A stretch of DNA of 59,371 bases from an uncultured Clostridium sp. (lineage in GTDB: Bacteria > Bacillota > Clostridia > TANB77 > CAG-508): positions 1 to 59,371 of the forward strand of contig CAOJQV010000004.1 in NCBI GenBank assembly GCA_948441945.1. The letters run 5' to 3'. Shown in pieces: positions 53,855-59,371 of this stretch; within the stretch, counting starts at the first letter, position 1, and each line of letters starts with the position of its first letter. Below the pieces are notes generated by a model. That model saw only the letters and a list, made by a program, of their open reading frames with translations. It was not told where the DNA came from and did no database searches. Position numbers and translations under genes: made by a program.

Positions 53855-56040
53855 TATATTCCTTTCATTGATAATGCTACTTTTTTTCTCTCCATATCAA
53901 TTTTTATTACTTTTACCTTTACTATATCTCCTACTGCTACCAAATCAGAAGGATTTTTTATGAATTTTTCGCTCATTTCTGATATATGTACTAGACCATC
54001 ATATTTTACTCCAATATCTACAAATGCACCAAAGTCTATTACATTTCTAACAGTTCCTGTTAAAATCATTCCTTCTTTTAAGTCTTCTAATTTTAATACA
54101 TCTGAACGTAAAATTGGCTTAGGCATATCTTCACGTGGGTCTCTTCCTGGTTTGCTTAATTCTGATATAATATCTGTTAATGTCATTTCTCCTATTTCAA
54201 GATCTTTTGCTTTTTTCTCTACATTTACATTTTTTAGTTTTTGTTTTATTTCTTCTAATTTTTGTTTTTCTTTTAAATCTTCTTTATTAAATCCTAAAGA
54301 TTTTAATAAGTTTTCTGTTGCTTCATAACTTTCTGGGTGTACTGCTGTAATTTCTAATGCATTTTTTCCATCTATTATTCTTAAAAATCCTGCACATTGT
54401 TGATATGCAACTTTTCCTAACTTTGGTACTTTTAAAAGTTCTTTTCTTTCTTTTAATTTTCCATTTTCATCTCTATATTTTACAATGTTTTTAGCAATTG
54501 TACTATTTATTCCAGATACATAAGAAAGTAATGATGGTGTTGCTGTATTTACATCTACTCCTACTTTATTAACACTGTCTTCGACTACTCCTGTAAGACT
54601 TTCTGCTAATGTTTTTTGATTTACATCATGTTGATATTGACCAACTCCTATTGCTTTAGGGTCTATTTTTACAAGTTCTGCAAGTGGGTCTTGTAGTCTT
54701 CTTGCAATTGAAATTGCTCCTCTTATTGATACATTTATGTCAGGATATTCTTCTGTTGCAAGTTTTGATGCTGAATATACAGATGCTCCCGCTTCGCTTA
54801 CAATTATATAATGAACTTCTCTCTTTGCTTCCTTTATCATATCTGAAACAAACATCTCAGATTCTCTTGAAGCTGTACCATTTCCTATTGCTATCATGTC
54901 GACTTTATCTTTTTCAATTAATTTTAGTAATTCTTTTTTTGCACCTTCAACATCATTTTGTGGTTCTGTTGGATATACTGTTGTATAATCTAAAACTTTA
55001 CCAGTTTCATCTATAACTGCTATTTTACATCCAGTTCTATATGCTGGGTCAAATCCCATAACAGTTTTACCTTTTATTGGCGCTCCTAACAATAGTTGTT
55101 TTGCATTTTGACCGAAAACTTTAATAGCTTTATCCTCCGCTTTTTCTGTTAAATCTGAGCGGATTTCTCTATCAATTGATGGTTCAATTAGTCTTTCAAA
55201 ACTGTCTAATATTGTGTCTTTTAGTATTTGTGTGAATTGTGTTTCACCTTTTATTATATCTTTTTCCATATATAATAAAATTTTATCTTGAGGCTTTTCT
55301 ATTTTTACTTTTAAAAATTCTTCTTTTTCCCCTCTATTTATCGCTAAAATCCTATGGCTTGGTATATATTTTATTGCTTCACTATAATCATAATACATTT
55401 CATAATTAGATTTTGCTTCTTCATCTTTTGCTTTTGTTTGTATAAGCCCTTCCCTATAACATAATCTTTTTATTTCTTTTCTATATTTTGCATTATCAGA
55501 TATGTTTTCGGCTATAATGTCTAGGGCTCCCTGAATTGCATCTTCTACAGTTTCTACAACTTTATCTTTATTTTTCTTATCTTCTTCTGATAAACTGTCT
55601 ATGTTTATATATTCTTTTGCAATTTCTAATATTGATTTTGTCTCTTTTTGATTTATAATAATTTCAGCTAAAGGCTCTAATCCTTTTGCTTTTGCAACTG
55701 TAGCTCTTGTTTTCTTTTTTTGTTTATATGGTCTATATATATCTTCAACTTCTGCTAAAGTTTTTGCTATTGCAACTCCTTGTAGTATTTCATCTGTCAA
55801 TTTTCCTTGTTCATCAATAGATTTTATAACTTCTTCTTTTCTTGTTTCTAAGTTTCTTAAATAGTTTAGTCTTTCTCCAAATGTTCTTAGTACTTCATCA
55901 CTTAGTCCACCTGTTACTTCTTTTCTGTAACGTGCAATAAATGGTATTGTATTTCCTTCATCTATTAATTTAATTGTGCTTTCTACTTGTGATGTTTTTA
56001 TATTTAACTCTTCTGCTATTGTTTTTATTATTTTTTCCAT
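53854..56040 (-). CDS. tex: Tex family RNA-binding transcriptional accessory protein
   Basis: EGNTIPFIARYRKEVTG, DPAYRTGCK, GNGTASRE, ARRLQDPLAELVKIDP, GVGQYQHD, C-terminal S1 domain. Confidence 0.95.
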   Translation of the reverse strand: MEKIIKTIAEELNIKTSQVESTIKLIDEGNTIPFIARYRKEVTGGLSDEVLRTFGERLNYLRNLETRKEEVIKSIDEQGKLTDEILQGVAIAKTLAEVEDIYRPYKQKKKTRATVAKAKGLEPLAEIIINQKETKSILEIAKEYINIDSLSEEDKKNKDKVVETVEDAIQGALDIIAENISDNAKYRKEIKRLCYREGLIQTKAKDEEAKSNYEMYYDYSEAIKYIPSHRILAINRGEKEEFLKVKIEKPQDKILLYMEKDIIKGETQFTQILKDTILDSFERLIEPSIDREIRSDLTEKAEDKAIKVFGQNAKQLLLGAPIKGKTVMGFDPAYRTGCKIAVIDETGKVLDYTTVYPTEPQNDVEGAKKELLKLIEKDKVDMIAIGNGTASRESEMFVSDMIKEAKREVHYIIVSEAGASVYSASKLATEEYPDINVSIRGAISIARRLQDPLAELVKIDPKAIGVGQYQHDVNQKTLAESLTGVVEDSVNKVGVDVNTATPSLLSYVSGINSTIAKNIVKYRDENGKLKERKELLKVPKLGKVAYQQCAGFLRIIDGKNALEITAVHPESYEATENLLKSLGFNKEDLKEKQKLEEIKQKLKNVNVEKKAKDLEIGEMTLTDIISELSKPGRDPREDMPKPILRSDVLKLEDLKEGMILTGTVRNVIDFGAFVDIGVKYDGLVHISEMSEKFIKNPSDLVAVGDIVKVKVIKIDMERKKVALSMKGI

Positions 56041-56058
56041 TGTTTTTCCTCTTTCTTA

Positions 56059-57633
56059 TTAATCTCTGCTTATTTCATCTTTGTCTACAAATTGTTGCAT
56101 TTGTTCAATAAATATATGAGCTGGTATTGTTTTAATTTCATCTGCTATTTCATCCTCATTTATTCTTATTCCACACCTTAATATTCCTATTCTTTCAGAT
56201 GATTTTTGATGATAATCGCTTCCTCCTGTATTGCTAATTAAATTTCTTTCTTTGCAAAATTTTTGTATATGTTCTTTATTTTTTCGATATTCCTCTTCTG
56301 TTTCCATTGCAAAACTATAAAGAGCTTCTATTCCATCTATATTTTTTTGTGCACATTTATTTATATATTCATCTACATTATCATTATAACTTGCATAAGG
56401 ATGAGCTACTTCTACAATTGCTCCTACTTTGTGCATTTCTTCTATAACATCTTCTAATCTTGGTTTAAATATAGCTGTATTAAATGAAAACGGGGTATCT
56501 TCAGGTCTTACAAGTTCACTATTAAACCAGTTTAATCTTTCTAATATATCTGAAAAAGATATTTTTGAGTATACTAATGCATTTTGTATTTGCATTAGTT
56601 CTTCTTTTAAATTTTTATCATTTTTAATACACTCTTTTATTTGTTCGGCTATACTGTAATATAATGCTAGTTTCATTCTTTTACTATCTTCTTTAGGTAT
56701 AGATTCACTTTTTAAGCTACTTAAATTATTATTTACTTCAAAGAATTCACTATCCTTTTCAAAGAATTTGCTATATAATTCTGCATTTATTAGTTCTAAA
56801 CTTTCATCATCAAGTTTTTCTATGTTTCTACTTTCAAACTCTTGTCTCATGGTTTCTTCTAATTCTTTTACTGTTTGGTCTACTGTTTTTTCTGTTTCTG
56901 TATTTTGACTAGCAAATAATCTTAAGTCTATAATTTGATAATATAATTGTTTTATTTGCTCAATTTGTGGAATTTTCTCTAGGATATTTTTATCATTAAA
57001 GATTTCTATATATGCAGATTTTCTATTATTTTGATTATCAACTTTTTCTTTAATATCTCCATCATTTTCAATTAATTTTTTAAATATATTGCTTATTGGA
57101 TTTTGTTTTATTAATATATCTGCTAACATTTCATCAATTTGATTTTTAACTGCTGTTGCAAAAACCATGCCTGCATATTTTTGTTCTTCCCCTATTGTTG
57201 CTTCCTTATTATAAGGTATATTTAATCTCTCTGCTGCTTCTTGAAAATGCTTTAGTTGTTCTAATTGACAGGCTACTGTTACATCTTTATTTGTATTATT
57301 GTTAAGCCACTCTTGAACTTCACCTATCTTTTCTATTGGAATGTTATATGCTAACATATCTTTTGCAATTTTTCCATTAATTCTTGAATTTATTTCAACA
57401 CCAATTACAAATTTCATATTATTTATAACTTGATTATATAACTCTTTATTTTCTTCTTTAAGTCTTTTAATTGTTTCAAACAATTCTGTATATTGTGTGA
57501 GTGTATTATGTGATGTAAGAGATATTGTATAAGTTTGATTTTGTATTGCTTCTTTTAAAATTTCTTCTACCGATTGTCCATTTTTATTATCAGAATTATT
57601 TTTTATATGTATATGTAAATCTGCATATCCAAT
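56059..57633 (-). CDS. PHP-domain phosphoesterase-like protein with large insertion; probable ATT start
   Basis: Frame open 50 codons upstream of the TTG and contains ADLHIH..SD and LTSHN; also IGVEI, VAHP, DGIEALY, TGGSDYH; AGGAGG 5 nt before ATT at 57633. Confidence 0.75.
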   Translation of the reverse strand: MGYADLHIHIKNNSDNKNGQSVEEILKEAIQNQTYTISLTSHNTLTQYTELFETIKRLKEENKELYNQVINNMKFVIGVEINSRINGKIAKDMLAYNIPIEKIGEVQEWLNNNTNKDVTVACQLEQLKHFQEAAERLNIPYNKEATIGEEQKYAGMVFATAVKNQIDEMLADILIKQNPISNIFKKLIENDGDIKEKVDNQNNRKSAYIEIFNDKNILEKIPQIEQIKQLYYQIIDLRLFASQNTETEKTVDQTVKELEETMRQEFESRNIEKLDDESLELINAELYSKFFEKDSEFFEVNNNLSSLKSESIPKEDSKRMKLALYYSIAEQIKECIKNDKNLKEELMQIQNALVYSKISFSDILERLNWFNSELVRPEDTPFSFNTAIFKPRLEDVIEEMHKVGAIVEVAHPYASYNDNVDEYINKCAQKNIDGIEALYSFAMETEEEYRKNKEHIQKFCKERNLISNTGGSDYHQKSSERIGILRCGIRINEDEIADEIKTIPAHIFIEQMQQFVDKDEISRD

Positions 57634-57650
57634 ATCTTCCTCCTAAATTT

Positions 57651-59234
57651 TTATTCAATTCCCAAATATTCATTATATGTAACTTCTCTGTCTATAATAC
57701 TTCCATTTTCTTTAATATCAATAATTCTATTTGCAACTGTTTGAGTTAACTCATGGTCATGTGATGTAAATAAAATGTTTCCTATAAACTTTTTCATGCC
57801 CTCATTTACAGATGTTATGCTTTCCATATCTAAATGGTTTGTTGGTTCATCAAATATAAGGAAATTTGCTCCTGAAAGCATCATTTTTGAAAGTACACAT
57901 CTTACTTTTTCTCCTCCTGAGATAACACTAGCTTTTTTTAATGCTTCATCTCCTGAAAATAGCATCCTTCCTAAAAATCCTCTTACATAAGTTTCATCTG
58001 GGTCTTTTGAATATTTTCTAAGCCATTCTGTAATATTTTCATCTGTTTCAAATAAATAGTTATTGTCTTTAGGAAAATAGCTTTTTGTAATTGTTGTTCC
58101 CCATATAAGTTCACCTTCATCTGGTTCTATTTCTCCAGCTATTATTTGGAATAATACTGTTTTTGCTATTTCATTATCTGCTAAAAATGCAATTTTATCA
58201 TTAGATTTAACTGTAAATGATACATTATCTAGGACTTTTACTCCTTCATAAGTTTTTGATATATTTTTAACTTGTAAAATATCATTTCCTGGTTCTCTGT
58301 CTGGTTTAAAATCTACATAAGGATATTTTCTATTTGATGGTTTTATTTCATCTAATTCTATTTTTTCAAGTGTCTTCTTTCTTGATGTTGCTTGTTTTGA
58401 TTTTGATGCATTTGCACTAAATCTTGCTATGAAGTCTTGTAATTCTTTTATTTTCTCTTCTTTCTTTTTATTTTGCTCTTTCATTTGCTTTAATGCTAAT
58501 TGACTTGATTCATACCAGAAATCATAATTTCCTGGATAAACTTTAATTTTTCCAAAGTCTACATCTGCTATATGAGTACATACTTTGTTTAAGAAATATC
58601 TATCATGTGATACAACAATTACTGTATTTTCAAAATTAATTAAAAATTCTTGTAGCCAATTTATGCTTTTTAAGTCTAAGTCGTTTGTAGGCTCATCTAG
58701 TAAAAGTACATCTGGATTTCCAAATAAACTTTGTGCTAATAATACTTTAACTTTTTCTCTTGCTTCTATCTCTTTCATATATTTATAATGATTTTCTGGA
58801 ATAATTCCTAAATCATTTAAAAGCATTGCTGCATCTGATTCTGCATTCCATCCATCAAGTTCTGCAAATCTTTCTTCTAGTTTAGCAGCTTTCATTCCAT
58901 CTTCTTCTGAAAAATCAGGTTTTGCGTATATCGCATCCTTTTCTTTCATAATATCATACAGTTCTTTGTTTCCCATCATAACAGTATCTATTACTGTATT
59001 TTCTTCGAATGCAAAGTGGTCTTGTTTTAAAATTGATAGTCTTTCTCCCTTTTCTAATGTTACATCACCCTTACTTGGTTCTAATTCTCTTGATAAAATC
59101 TTTAAAAATGTTGATTTTCCAGCACCATTTGCTCCTATTATTCCATAACAGTTTCCTTTTGCAAATTTTATATTTACATCTTCAAATAATACTCTTTTTC
59201 CAAACCTTACGGTTACTCCATTTGCACTTAACAT
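57651..59234 (-). CDS. ABC-F family ATP-binding protein (ribosome-associated, two ABC domains)
   Basis: GANGAGKST, LLDEPTNDLD, VVSHDRYFLN, ISGGEKVR, FDEPTNHLD; no TM segments. Confidence 0.93.
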   Translation of the reverse strand: MLSANGVTVRFGKRVLFEDVNIKFAKGNCYGIIGANGAGKSTFLKILSRELEPSKGDVTLEKGERLSILKQDHFAFEENTVIDTVMMGNKELYDIMKEKDAIYAKPDFSEEDGMKAAKLEERFAELDGWNAESDAAMLLNDLGIIPENHYKYMKEIEAREKVKVLLAQSLFGNPDVLLLDEPTNDLDLKSINWLQEFLINFENTVIVVSHDRYFLNKVCTHIADVDFGKIKVYPGNYDFWYESSQLALKQMKEQNKKKEEKIKELQDFIARFSANASKSKQATSRKKTLEKIELDEIKPSNRKYPYVDFKPDREPGNDILQVKNISKTYEGVKVLDNVSFTVKSNDKIAFLADNEIAKTVLFQIIAGEIEPDEGELIWGTTITKSYFPKDNNYLFETDENITEWLRKYSKDPDETYVRGFLGRMLFSGDEALKKASVISGGEKVRCVLSKMMLSGANFLIFDEPTNHLDMESITSVNEGMKKFIGNILFTSHDHELTQTVANRIIDIKENGSIIDREVTYNEYLGIE

Positions 59235-59272
59235 TTTTTCCTCCTTTAGATTGATAATCTCAACTGTTTCAT

Positions 59273-59301
59273 ATTATATATTATTTTTTGTAATGTTTCA
59301 A
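59273..59301 (-). promoter_or_regulatory. Sigma-A promoter for the ABC-F gene
   Basis: Minus strand TTGAAA-N17-TATAAT. Confidence 0.55.
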
Positions 59302-59371
59302 GCCCTAAATGTCCCAACTGTAATTAATTTTTGATAATGTCATAGTAAAATTAACATTTGATTATGTCATA

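Noticed and set aside
59335-59371. Direct repeat atgtcata x2 at the window end
   Set aside because: Short, AT-rich and truncated by the window edge; cannot be supported as a regulatory site

Overview
A very AT-rich (roughly one quarter GC by eye) Firmicutes/Clostridia-type chromosomal window, with most genes on the minus strand. The left 22.4 kb is a four-gene surface-protein cluster with no recognisable carbohydrate-active enzyme. In transcription order it encodes: (1) a 4453-aa VWA plus SpaA/CnaB-like repeat adhesin ending in an X-module/degenerate dockerin; (2) a 448-aa cohesin-linker-dockerin adaptor; (3) a 2214-aa cohesin-(InlB B-repeat)n-dockerin rod; (4) a 236-aa cohesin-LPKTG wall anchor. 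This reads as a non-cellulosomal, head-to-tail cohesin-dockerin chained adhesin fibre and is the best candidate for an undescribed system. Cell-envelope genes follow (comEA, S11 DD-carboxypeptidase, LCP, CvpA, DUF5711-like, YkvI-like, GldA/F/G-like ABC). There are three tRNA genes (Arg-TCT, Pro-TGG, Arg-ACG), each with accessory genes or decayed remnants at its 3' side, including a broken AbiE TA pair. The rest comprises a partial pyrimidine cluster, MalY/PatB, M18, M23 and HtrA peptidases, an HD-GYP protein, Tex, a PHP-domain protein with a probable ATT start, and an ABC-F ATPase. Seven GC-rich REP/REPIN-like palindromes (arms up to 92 bp, perfect; mostly GGGACG-cored) lie in intergenic positions, and copy-specific variants are mirrored in both arms. 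No CRISPR array, rRNA, transposase, integrase or reverse transcriptase was recognised. All domain calls are by eye from motifs, not from database searches.
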